From the NCBI RefSeq assembly GCF_001194135.2, contig NC_068991.1, forward strand, positions 24,783,744-24,847,743: 64,000 nucleotides of DNA, given 5' to 3'. Of this stretch, positions 26,073 through 38,400 are shown piece by piece. Origin of the DNA: Octopus bimaculoides. Its lineage: Eukaryota. Position numbers and translations under genes: made by a program. Numbering within the stretch: position 1 is the first letter of the stretch; the number at the start of each line of letters is the position of its first letter. The notes beneath the pieces are model-generated. The model did not search any database and was not told the origin of the DNA. It saw only the letters and a list, made by a program, of their open reading frames with translations.

Positions 26073-26652
26073 ACTGGAGTTTACACTCTATCGAACGGAT
26101 ACACACATACATGTTCTTATACATTACTCATACAACCATATCCACATTTGAGGTCTAGGATTTGTGACCTATTGAACAGTTTATAACCTAATTAATGTAG
26201 ATATACCTGTAATTCTATATGTCAAGTAGTTAATATGTGTGTGTTAAATATAATGTAATGTTGATTTTACCACCCCCGATATCAGTCGGGTGGGCTGTCA
26301 AAGAGATCAACTCAATTCACACCAATATTATCTCTGACATCACATCAGGATCGATTGTTTGTCATTACGAGTAACCTATAATATTATAGTATCAAGTCTG
26401 TGTGTATGTATGTGGATGGATTTGTTCATTCTAGTGGACGTGTGATATGATTAGTATTTTTTTTTATCATACATGACGTGATGTGATATTTTCATCACCC
26501 TTTCACAAAATAAATATTTATTATAATACTGCCACTTGTCATATAACAAACTCGAGCATTCTTCGGACTACGTAATAAATAGATTTCTCTAAATAACAAG
26601 TGTTCAATTTTTCGCATACATTTACCGTTACAGCTTCTGGTACTACCACCAC

Positions 26653-26705
<53 letters not shown>

Positions 26706-29700
26706 TTACTTTTCGTAATGAGATAAAAAAAAAACCCAAGGCTGTGTACATTATAGAACATTTATATATATATATATATATATATGTTTTATTCCTAATG
26801 GACACTAAACATTTTGCTTTTTGTTGTTGTTTTAAATTTCTTTTCGTTGGATTTAGCTTTAAAGGAATTTTAGGTTTTACACATGTCCTCTTAACAAAAG
26901 TATTATTCTGAAAACAAGGATTGAAGGCTTAGATAAAATTATTTTGAAAAAATTATTTAATTTGAAAATCTTCAAATGGTGGTGGTGGTGGTGGGAGACA
27001 AGGCATTTATATTTTGTACTAATTTACAGTACAGTTATTTTGATTATTATTTAAAAAATTATTATTATTATGAAATCATCATTTTTATGAATAAGCAAAT
27101 CGTTACTATTTTTTCTGTCGTTATTTATTATGCACGCACTATGCTACTACCGTAAGTTTTTGGCGAATCAAGACCGTAACATAGTTTCGATTCACAGTTG
27201 AAATTAATTTTACTGCATCGCTAATGAAAAAGGCATAAACGTCATCATAGCACATTTTAGATTGTCTTTTGGGAATTTATAACTTCATGATTATTCTAAG
27301 AGATTGTTAATTATTTGTGTCAATGCCCAACGTAAATCGTCACTAAATAGTAAACACTCATATACATAAAAGCTATCAACATAAAGCTATTATCATAATG
27401 AATGTACATGCAAATAAAATTTAGCAAAACTAGTATTCCTATAGAGCATGCATGCACGAATTTATAGTGGGGACATAAGTTATGTTTATAATTCAAAGGC
27501 ACTTTATTTTTTTGTTGCAAAATAATGTAATGAAAGATTGACTGTCTTTACTTTCAGCAACAATTTGGTGGTGTGACATGTAATTCGATAGGAGATCCAA
27601 ATTAAATTCTTACATCAAATTTTCCAAGCACAAGAAAAATACTGACAGTGGTTCTACTAAATTCGTTATTTTCAAAATTAATTGTAAGAAAGGCAGTGTA
27701 TTTCATCCGAAAGTAACAAATGGTGAACCACTTTCTTTAAGTTTATAATAAATAAGTTATAAGTAGTTATTACCTCGTATTGTGTATGTGCACCTCAGCA
27801 TATCAAGAAACCGCTTGTGTTTATAAGGAGCTATCTGAAAAGTGGGCGTTGGTATTGAAGAAAGATTGAGTTTATTGAGTTTTATTTTATTTAGGGAATG
27901 GGGTACTATTTTGGAGAGGGCCTAGGCTTAGTTAAATGAATTGGTCCTAGTATTTCATTGATCTGGGAGTAGATATTATCAGGGTGTGAACTCACCAGAA
28001 GGAAGTATTGAATTTTGAAAACTATAGAAACACTGTTTTCATCTGTCCATTATTCACTAACAACTGTCATCATCATCATCATCATCGTTTAACGTCCGCT
28101 TTCCATGCTAGCATGGGTTGGACGATTTGACTGAGGACTGGTGAAACCGGATGGCAACACCAGGCTCCAGTCTGATTTGGCAGAGTTTCTACAGCTGGAT
28201 GCCCTTCCTAACGCCAACCACTCAGAGAGTGTAGTGGGTGCTTTTACGTGTCACCCGCACGAAAACGGCCACGCTCGAAATGGTGTCTTTTATGNNNNNN
28301 NNNNNNNNNNNNNNNNNNNNNNNNNNNNNNNNNNNNNNNNNNNNNNNNNNNNNNNNNNNNNNNNNNNNNNNNNNNNNNNNNNNNNNNNNNNNNNNNNNNN
28401 NNNNNNNNNNNNNNNNNNNNNNNNNNNNNNNNNNNNNNNNNNNNNNNNNNNNNNNNNNNNNNNNNNNNNNNNNNNNNNNNNNNNNNNNNNNNNNNNNNNN
28501 NNNNNNNNNNNNNNNNNNNNNNNNNNNNNNNNNNNNNNNNNNNNNNNNNNNNNNNNNNNNNNNNNNNNNNNNNNNNNNNNNNNNNNNNNNNNNNNNNNNN
28601 NNNNNNNNNNNNNNNNNNNNNNNNNNNNNNNNNNNNNNNNNNNNNNNAGTCATCGCCTCGGTGAGGCCCAATGTACGAAGGTCTTGCCTCACCACCTCAG
28701 CCCAGGTCTTCCTGGGCCTACCTCTTCCACGGGTTCCCTCAACTGTTAGGGTGTGGCACTTTTTCACGCAGCTATCCTCCTCCATTCTCACCACATGTCC
28801 ATACCAGCGCAATCGTCTCTCTTGCACGCCACAACTGATGCTTCTAATGTTCAGCTTTTCTCTCAAGATACTTACACTCTGACGGGTATTCACATTGACA
28901 TTACACATCCAACGGAGCATACTGGCTTCATTCCTTGCGAGCTTACGTATGTCCTCAGCAGTTACAGCCCATGTTTCACTGCCATGTAGCATATAAGCAT
29001 GAAACCTGAAATTTTTATAAGGAATATGTTGAAAGTTTAGCATTTATAATTAATTAATGGTGCACTAAACAGTGGATGATGATATTTAATGTATTTGTGA
29101 ATGCTCAAATGTGGAAACTGTCTTGGATGACAAGTTCTTTGTAGACTTGTGTGCATGAAAATTAACCATGTTGGGCTATGAATAATGCCAGTAAACTTTA
29201 AGGTGTGTTTCTGTGTAGTTTCATCAGTTACAGACGTTGAATCAGTTGTTCATAGCTCACTAAAATCTGCCAGTCTTATATGTAAAGAGCAAAAAATACA
29301 TTTTGCTGGTACTTGCTAAGCTTTGTCAAATTGGAATTAATTAATAACACACTAAAGGTGGTGAGCTGGCAGAATCATTAGCACGCTGGGCAAAATGCTT
29401 TGTGGCATTACATCTCGTCTTTACATTCTGAGTTCAAATTCCATCGAGATGAACTTTGTTTTTCATCCTTTGGGGGTCAGTAATATAAGTACCCGCTGAG
29501 TACTGGGGTTAATGTAATTGACTTGCCCCTGAACTTGCTAGTCTTGTGCCAAAATTTGAAATTAGTTAAAGACACCACTATGCAGCGATCTCTAACTGAT
29601 GAAGAAATGTATCTTACATGCAGAAAAGTATCTTACACTAATGATTTCATTTAGAGCTCAGCTCAGAGAATGTCTCCTTTGAGACAGATACCACCATGAT

Positions 29701-32353
29701 CTTTCCATGTTTGAATGCACATGAACATGTTAAATATAAATGTATATTTTATTTTAATCATTGCTGCATAATGTGCTTTTAATTAGATAATTCCATCTTT
29801 ATAAGATGAACACTCACCAACAAATGTATTTTTTGTTATTTACTTATAAGAACAGTAGTTCTTAGTGAGCTATGAATGATTGATTTGGTGTCTGTAACTG
29901 ACGAAGTGTAAGACACATGTTTCTGCATAGTTACACTGGCATCATTTGTAGTCCTGCTCAGTGTATTTTTACACATGTAATCTATAAGAATTCCTACTGT
30001 GAGGAAGTTACCACAGCAAAGGTCTTTCTACATTTGAGTGAACTGAAATGTATTAAATGTAAATTTACACAACTTTATTTTAGCATTCATGCTTTTCCAC
30101 ATGGTTGTTATGCAACTTAAATAAATCAAATTACTTCCAAGTTGAAGCTGAAATTAAACTGTCACTGCCGTATATATATATATATATATNNNNNNNNNNN
30201 NNNNNNNNNNNNNNNNNNNNNNNNNNNNNNNNNNNNNNNNNNNNNNNNNNNNNNNNNNNNNNNNNNNNNNNNNNNNNNNNNNNNNNNNNNNNNNNNNNNN
30301 NNNNNNNNNNNNNNNNNNNNNNNNNNNNNNNNNNNNNNNNNNNNNNNNNNNNNNNNNNNNNNNNNNNNNNNNNNNNNNNNNNNNNNNNNNNNNNNNNNNN
30401 NNNNNNNNNNNNNNNNNNNNNNNNNNNNNNNNNNNNNNNNNNNNNNNNNNNNNNNNNNNNNNNNNNNNNNNNNNNNNNNNNNNNNNNNNNNNNNNNNNNN
30501 NNNNNNNNNNNNNNNNNNNACCGAGGCTGGTGTGTTTACGTCCCCATAACTTAACGGTTCGGCAAAAAGAGACCGGTAGAATAAGTACTAGGCTTCCAAA
30601 GAATAAGTCCTGGGGTCGATTTGCTCGACTAAAAGGCGGTGCCCCAGCATGGCCGCAGTCAAATGACTGAAACAAGTAAAAGAGTATACTATGTTGACTG
30701 CTCTTATTGTAACAGTTCCTGAGTTAGTTTTTTCTGAAATTGAATTCTTCTCTGAATAATGATAGCAAATTCTTATTTTTAAAGAAATAACTAAAATGCC
30801 ATCATCATCAGTTCTGCTTTAGCCATACTGCCATTGTTTATCTCTTTCTCATGGGTTTACAATACAACATCCATCTATATATTATTCCTTCCTCATAATG
30901 CAAAGTTCACAGAGTCCCAACTACTTTGATCTACCACTGTTGCATATTCAATCACCAAACTATGACACTTTCCTCTAACATGTGTCATCAATACTTGTTC
31001 GTGTCTATATCAATATTATCAGTTTTCATATATATGTATTTACCAATGCCTTTGATACCTTTTTAGTTTTTCAACTTAACTGCATTCAAACTTCTTCATA
31101 AATTACCATCATGCTTGTTCTTGTCCAAAATGTCAACCCTCCCTGCAAATCCCTGTCTGCTAATGTCTTTCCTACAGACATTGATGCACAGATATTCAAG
31201 CTAAGCATTAACCATACCATTCTCACCAATCCCAGACAGCCTGTAAATTAATAAAATATACTCAATATACCAAATTTTTTTAGACTGTAGCATTTATACC
31301 AGAATTTATATTAAGATTATATGGTTTACAACATCATTTGTGTCACACTCAGCTCCTCAGATGAAAGATGATCTTTGCCATTGACTTATTTTTGGAGGGT
31401 AGAATGAACAACCATTCTCTTGAGTTTTTAATCTATATCTAAATTCCTTAACACCCACCACAGTCTAAAATGTGGAACCCTACAATGTAGAATTATTTGT
31501 TCTTGTTTGTTAAGAAGTTGTTAACTAGACATGACATCTATATTTCCATATCCAGATTCAAAGCTATATGGTTTATAATGAAATAGTTAAGTGAGTGCTA
31601 ACATAGTTGATGTTGGTAGGGCTGTTTTGTATGTTATAGGCCTTAGAATATACCAATGTGATCCCTACTATTTCTAGCATAATAAATGACCACGTAGAGG
31701 ATGGACTACCTTTCGAGTTAGTTTAAAAGATAGAAATTAAGAGTGTGATAAAATAATGAAAGAAATATTTACTGAGTAAGTGAGTACTATTAGACAAATG
31801 AATGAAATGAATGATAATTAGGTGTGACATATCAGAAAAGTTACACAAATTGGCAGTTAAATGCGTTGACTAGCAGAATACCACCCAGAGGGCAATCTTT
31901 CTGCTAGATAGTTTAATGATTAAGTCTAGTCGAGAAAGACAACTTGAATTAAGAATTGAATGAAGATATGCATGAAATGTGAAACCTGAAACAAAATCAA
32001 TGATGTGTGGCCTGTGTTGTGTGTGTGTGTGTGTATATGTGTGTGCGTATCTTTCTCTCTTTGTCATATATAATTTACAGACGAGAAAGTAAATTTTGAA
32101 TGCAGTATAGCTGAGAAAACAGCAGAGAAAGATTGGGTATTTACCCTTAGAAGACAGAAAAAAATTGCCAGCAGGCAGCTACTTTTTTCCATCTTCTAAG
32201 GGTAAATATCCAATCTTTCTCTGCTGTTTATACAGCTATACTATGTTTGAAATTTGTTTTCTTGTCTGTAAAATACCAACACATTCGGTGTTTCCAAAGT
32301 TTGTTTATAAAATATTCTCATGTCTTTGCTTGATTCAATTCATAGTGTCATAC

Positions 32354-32438
<85 letters not shown>

Positions 32439-35400
32439 GCACACACATGTTCACATACACATATACTTGTTGGCATTAGGAAGAGCATTCAGCCATAGAA
32501 ACCACACCAAAGTAGATACTGTAACACTATGCAGTCCTTGGACCCATCAGATTCTTGTCAAACCATCCAACCCATGTCAACATAGATGTTAAATGATGAT
32601 GACGATCACAACACACACACCATCATCATTTAACTTCCATTGTCCATGCCAGCATGAGTTGGATGGTTTGATCAGAGCTGGCAAGTTGGAAGGCTGCACA
32701 AAACTCCAGTCTGACTTGGTATGGTTTCTATGGCTTGATGCCCTTCTTAAAGCCAACCACTCTGAGAGTGTAATGGGTGCTTTTATGTGCCACCAGCATG
32801 GGTGCCATTTGTGTGATACAAGTATCTACTATGATTTTACTTGGCTTGATGGGTCTTCTCAAGCACGACATAATGCCAAATGTCTCGGTCTTGCCTTCAT
32901 TAAGGTCCAACACTCGAAAGGAACTCAGCTACCTTGCCTTTGTGAGGCCCAATGCTTGAAAGGTGCTTTTTACGTGCCAGTTATGTGACACCAGCATCAG
33001 TCATGACTATGATTTCACTTGGCTTGATGGGTCTTCTCAAGCACAACATACCACCAAAGGTCCTGGTCACTAGTCATTGGCACTATGAGGCCCAAAGTTC
33101 GAAGATCATGCTTCACCACCTTGTCCCATGTCTTTCTGGGTCCACCTCTACCACTGGTTCCCTCAACATTCTGTCTTATAAGGGTAAATACCCAATTTTT
33201 CTCTGTTGTCTTTACAACTTTCCTGTGTTTGAAATTTACTTTCTTGTCTCCAATATACCAACCACATTCAACACTTCCAAAGTTTTGTATGTAAAATGAT
33301 GTATTCAAAAGTTATTATTTAGCATTAAAATTGACGATAATTGTTGTCAGGAGAGCTGTTTAGCTTAATGATTACAGCACTCAGCTGGTATGTGAGGGAT
33401 ATAGGTTCAAGTCCTGTAGCCACCTGCTGGCAACTTTTTTTCTGTCTTATAAGGGTAAATACCCAATCTTTTACTGGTATCCTTTCAGCTTAAATGTGTT
33501 CAAAATTTATTTGTCTGCAAAATACTAACCACATTTGATGCTTCCAAAGTTTATATATANNNNNNNNNNNNNNNNNNNNNNNNNNNNNNNNNNNNNNNNN
33601 NNNNNNNNNNNNNNNNNNNNNNNNNNNNNNNNNNNNNNNNNNNNNNNNNNNNNNNNNNNATACATATGGTGAATGCGTAAGTACTGACAGAGGATTAAGT
33701 CTGGAATCAGCCGAGTTGAGTGGTCTCGACTGATGAGGCTATACAATTGGCCAAAACTGACCGATCAATATAGGCAATTCTAGATCAGTGTCTCTGAGCA
33801 ATTACAGTCCATATCAATACATATGTATACAATTATGTGCTTTAACTACAACATTAAGGCCTTTTAGCTCTTTTGTCTAGCAGTGTAGGTGTTCTAATAT
33901 TTAGTGACAATTATAGTGTGTGTATGTGTGTGTGTGTATGTATATGTATATATACACACACATTTAAAGAAATTCATGTGCAAGGAACTACTGCAAAAAG
34001 AAGACCAAAGAAGAAAAGGGCTGAGAGAGTGAAAGCTGATCTCAGGTAACTGAACCCTTCAAAAGAATACAAGACAGGCTGAAATGCCATGTTGGAGAGA
34101 ATCCTTCCAAGCCATACTTTACAAACCTGCTCAAAAATACCCCTTAAAACTTCAAATACATTTGCCTTTGAAACTTAGTCACCCATCTCTAAAAAACTTT
34201 AATTCAATAATAATAATTGACTTATCACTTAATCTAGTAGTCACTCAGGATATAGGTATATGCCACCTACGAACAAAATAGGATCACNNNNNNNNNNNNN
34301 NNNNNNNNNNNNNNNNNNNNNNNNNNNNNNNNNNNNNNNNNNNNNNNNNNNNNNNNNNNNNNNNNNNNNNNNNNNNNNNNNNNNNNNNNNNNNNNNNNNN
34401 NNNNNNNNNNNNNNNNNNNNNNNNNNNNNNNNNNNNNNNNNNNNNNNNNNNNNNNNNNNNNNNNNNNNNNNNNNNNNNNNNNAACAACAGATGAAAATTA
34501 GGTATTTGTACTGTTGGCACATACTAATAGTGTTAGTGAGAACTGTGTTATCTACAGTGAATATTTTAATAGCCCCCATGATTCTTAATATAGGAAAGTA
34601 GTTAATTATCAATTGAAATTCAATAAACTACATACAATTCATGAAATCTATTCTTTCATTTTTCAGAAGTCCTTCCAAGACTGAAGAAGCAGCTGAATTA
34701 TTTGTCAGGGCTGCAAATGCATTCAAGATGGCCAAAAACTGGGCTTGTAAGTTATGATGTTATGTCTATCAATTGCATTACCCTTATACTTATCACAATA
34801 TTTTGACAAAGTATATAAAGATAGAAATTATGGTTTAGTATAAAATGCTAGAAGCCATATGATAGAAATAAACATTTTTCTACAGATCTCTGAAGTTGAA
34901 CATTGTCAGGCTTGGTTAAAACCTGTATAGTGACCATTTTTCTATCTAAGCACCATCTAGATCCAATATTATTTGAGAAAATTGAACTGGGGTTTGTGAG
35001 TAGCTCAAATCCCCTATTCAACGACATCTGAAAGTTAATGAAGTCACTTTCTAGGAAATGACCCATATCAAACATGTTTAGTTATACTTCAGTTTGATTT
35101 TAGTCCATATAATACACTGTAATATATTGTTTCAAGGTAGTATTTAGTTGTATTAAGTGCAGTGTGTGTGTATGTGTGATGTGAACATTTCTGTCTTAAT
35201 TTTTTCTCTGTTTTGATATGAAATTTGTAATCTTCATTTTCAAAATGTTAGGGAGTCAATCAAGGTAAACTTTGGCTCCATTGAAGTTGAGAAGGTACCT
35301 TGACTAAAAAGAAAAAAACAAAACAAAACACTCCCCCTTCTTTGATTGGTTTGACAATTTCTCTGAGGTCTCTGATTAAGTAGTCTATAGTACAAATTAT

Positions 35401-38400
35401 ATAATTGGACATGCAACTCAAAGAAGTGAACATACTTGGAATGTTAGCAAAATGTACCTTTGGGCTTTGAGGCTATAATCATTCTAGATTTTAGAGCAAG
35501 GCATTCTAAGTCAGAAATTCTTTGCATTTTTTTCGGTATTTAGTAGTTACAGATAATTCAAAACCAGTTAATTATTGGCACTCTTGACCTTCTGTATATC
35601 TATTCTTTTTACTTTACTGTTTTATAGCTGCTGGACAATGTTTTTGTAGAGCAGCCCAGCTTCAGATTAGTCTTCAAAGTCGACATGAAGCTGCATCACA
35701 TTATGTTGATGCAGGGAATGCTTACAAGAAAGCTGATCCAAATGGTAAGAGTTGACTGTTTTTTTTTCTTTTATCATCTTCCCTCAGGTTTACCATCCTA
35801 GAGCATCTGGTTGTAAAGCAATGATTCAATAATATATTCATCTAACCCATGATAGCATGGAATTATTATATTAGCTTACAGCTGTTTCTGCTATAAGATG
35901 CAGTGGACTCATTGTTGAAAGTTTCTGAGTAACATTTCATGTTTGAGGTTCTGATGAAGCTATAAAGTATTATTACTCAGTCACTCAAATATGAGTACAT
36001 CACCTCTTATGGTGGAAACAGCTGTAAGCTAATCATTTATTCCTTTGTCATCTCTTTTTTCTTTTTATCACTTTGTACTCGACTAATGCTTTCTTCGGAA
36101 GCATATGTATATTGAATTCTACACCAGGTTATTAGTATCGTAATACCTAAGTGAAATAAATATATACACACATGCATGTTCTTCTCAATGTTTCTTGAAG
36201 TAAGTTGCAAATAATTTCTTTTATACTTTCATCCATTTCTAATGTCAATGTCACTTTAAAAACAATTTTATTTCTTTATTTTAATTGTGCAGAAGCTATC
36301 AACAGTCTCTTGAAAGCTGTTGAAATTTACACAGATATGGTGAGTATTACTTAAACTTCTTGAATTCTTCTTCATAATTCCTTGAAACTGCTTTCTCCCT
36401 TCAGCAGTCTTTAAATCTTTACATACAGTTTTATTTGTCATGGAAAATGCATTGCATTTAAAATTAATTTTAAACTGCTATATGCTGTCTTGTTTGAAAA
36501 TTACTGTAGGTCTGCTTTCTCTAAAAGCCTTTTATGTTGCCAAAGGTCATTATGAATCTCTGAAGAAATTGAATGTATTTTTTAGACACCTTTTGATTAA
36601 TGTGTTAATCATGGCACTAGGAATGAAGAGGAATCAAAACTCCTGGAGTTCTGTGATGCAAAATTTCTATCTTTATATACTTTGTCAAAATATTGTGATA
36701 AGTATAAGGGTAATGCAATTGATGGACATAACATCATAACTTACAAGCCCAGTTTTTGGCCATCTTGAATGCATTTGCAGCCCTGACAAATAATTCAGCT
36801 GCTTCTTCAGTCTTGGAAGGACTTCTGAAAAATGAAAGAATAGATTTCATGAATTGTATGTAGTTTATTGAATTTCAAATTGATAATTAACTGCTTTCCC
36901 ATATTAAGAATCATGGGGGCTATTAAAATATTCACTGTAGATAACACAGTTCTCACTAACACTATTAGTATGTGCCAACAGTACAAATACCTAATTTTCA
37001 TCTGTTGTTGTNNNNNNNNNNNNNNNNNNNNNNNNNNNNNNNNNNNNNNNNNNNNNNNNNNNNNNNNNNNNNNNNNNNNNNNNNNNNNNNNNNNNNNNNN
37101 NNNNNNNNNNNNNNNNNNNNNNNNNNNNNNNNNNNNNNNNNNNNNNNNNNNNNNNNNNNNNNNNNNNNNNNNNNCCTGTGATCCTATTTTGTTCGTAGGT
37201 GGCATATACCTATATCCTGAGTGACTACTAGATTAAGTGATAAGTCAATTATTATTATTGAATTAAAGTTTTTTAGAGATGGGTGACTAAGTTTCAAAGG
37301 CAAATGTATTTGAAGTTTTAAGGGGTATTTTTGAGCAGGTTTGTAAAGTATGGCTTGGAAGGATTCTCTCCAACATGGCATTTCAGCCTGTCTTGTATTC
37401 TTTTGAGGGGTTCAGTTACCTGAGATCAGCTTTCACCCTCTCAGCCCTTTTCTTCTTTGGTCTTCTTTTTGCAGTAGTTCCTTGCACATGAATTTCTTTA
37501 AATGTGTGTGTATATATACATATACATACATATACACACACACACACACACACATGCACACACACACTATAATTGTCACTAAATATGACTAGGATATTAG
37601 AATACCTACATTGCTAGAAAAAAGAGCTAAAAGCCCTTAATGCTGTAGTTAAAGCACATAATTGTATACATATGTATTGACATGGACTGTAACCACCAAG
37701 AAACACTGGTCTAGAATTGCCTATACTGAAAGAAGAATAGCTTTAAAAATAGATTTTGAGATTATCAATGGTGAGAATGGGCTAAACAGAAATTGAATAG
37801 TGTGAGGTAGAATTTGATCTTTCTACCTAGCCATTTGTGGAAATGCTCAGATCAGAGACATTAGTGGAAAAATTATTGTTTTTGTTGAATTTGAGGGTAA
37901 CTGATTTGTTAGACACTATCCTATGAATCTTCTTGATCAGAATTTAGTGATGTTATTTTTTCAATAACAGTAACTGCGTTCAATATTAAAATAAAAGTTA
38001 ATTGAAGATGTATGTAATTCTTAATCTCTTATCTCTATATCATCAGTTTTTTTCCATGGTGACAAAGGTTTTTAATACAGCACCTCTCATGTGCTGTTAC
38101 TCCTAACAGCTACACCACTAGTGTGCTCAGGGTTGACTTAATTGATACATTTAGTGAGCTTGAGATTTTGATTGTATTTTTTATTGATAAATGTCCTTCC
38201 TATCGTAAATTACTGTGATGATATGGGTTGGGTTTGTTTATTTTCACACAAGCAGTAAAGACATCAGCTTTCTTGGGTTGAGGCTCCCTCTAATTAGTGT
38301 TAGAGCCCCTGAGGGAAACACAACTACTTATCATATTTATTGCATATGAATGTAAAATTGAGTTTCTGTATTTTTGACAAATGCTCTGTAGCAAAGACCT

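Noticed and set aside
29590-29900. Scattered TGATGA/CTGA boxes suggesting intronic C/D snoRNAs
   Set aside because: No terminal stem or recognisable guide sequence, and such motifs are expected by chance in AT-rich DNA with (GAT)n tails.
33348-33420. tRNA-like cloverleaf (apparent GGT anticodon)
   Set aside because: Stems are mismatched and the sequence runs directly into a repeated SINE body, so it is a SINE head rather than a tRNA gene. The same holds for the tRNA-like heads at 7030, 15940, 22700 and 59820.
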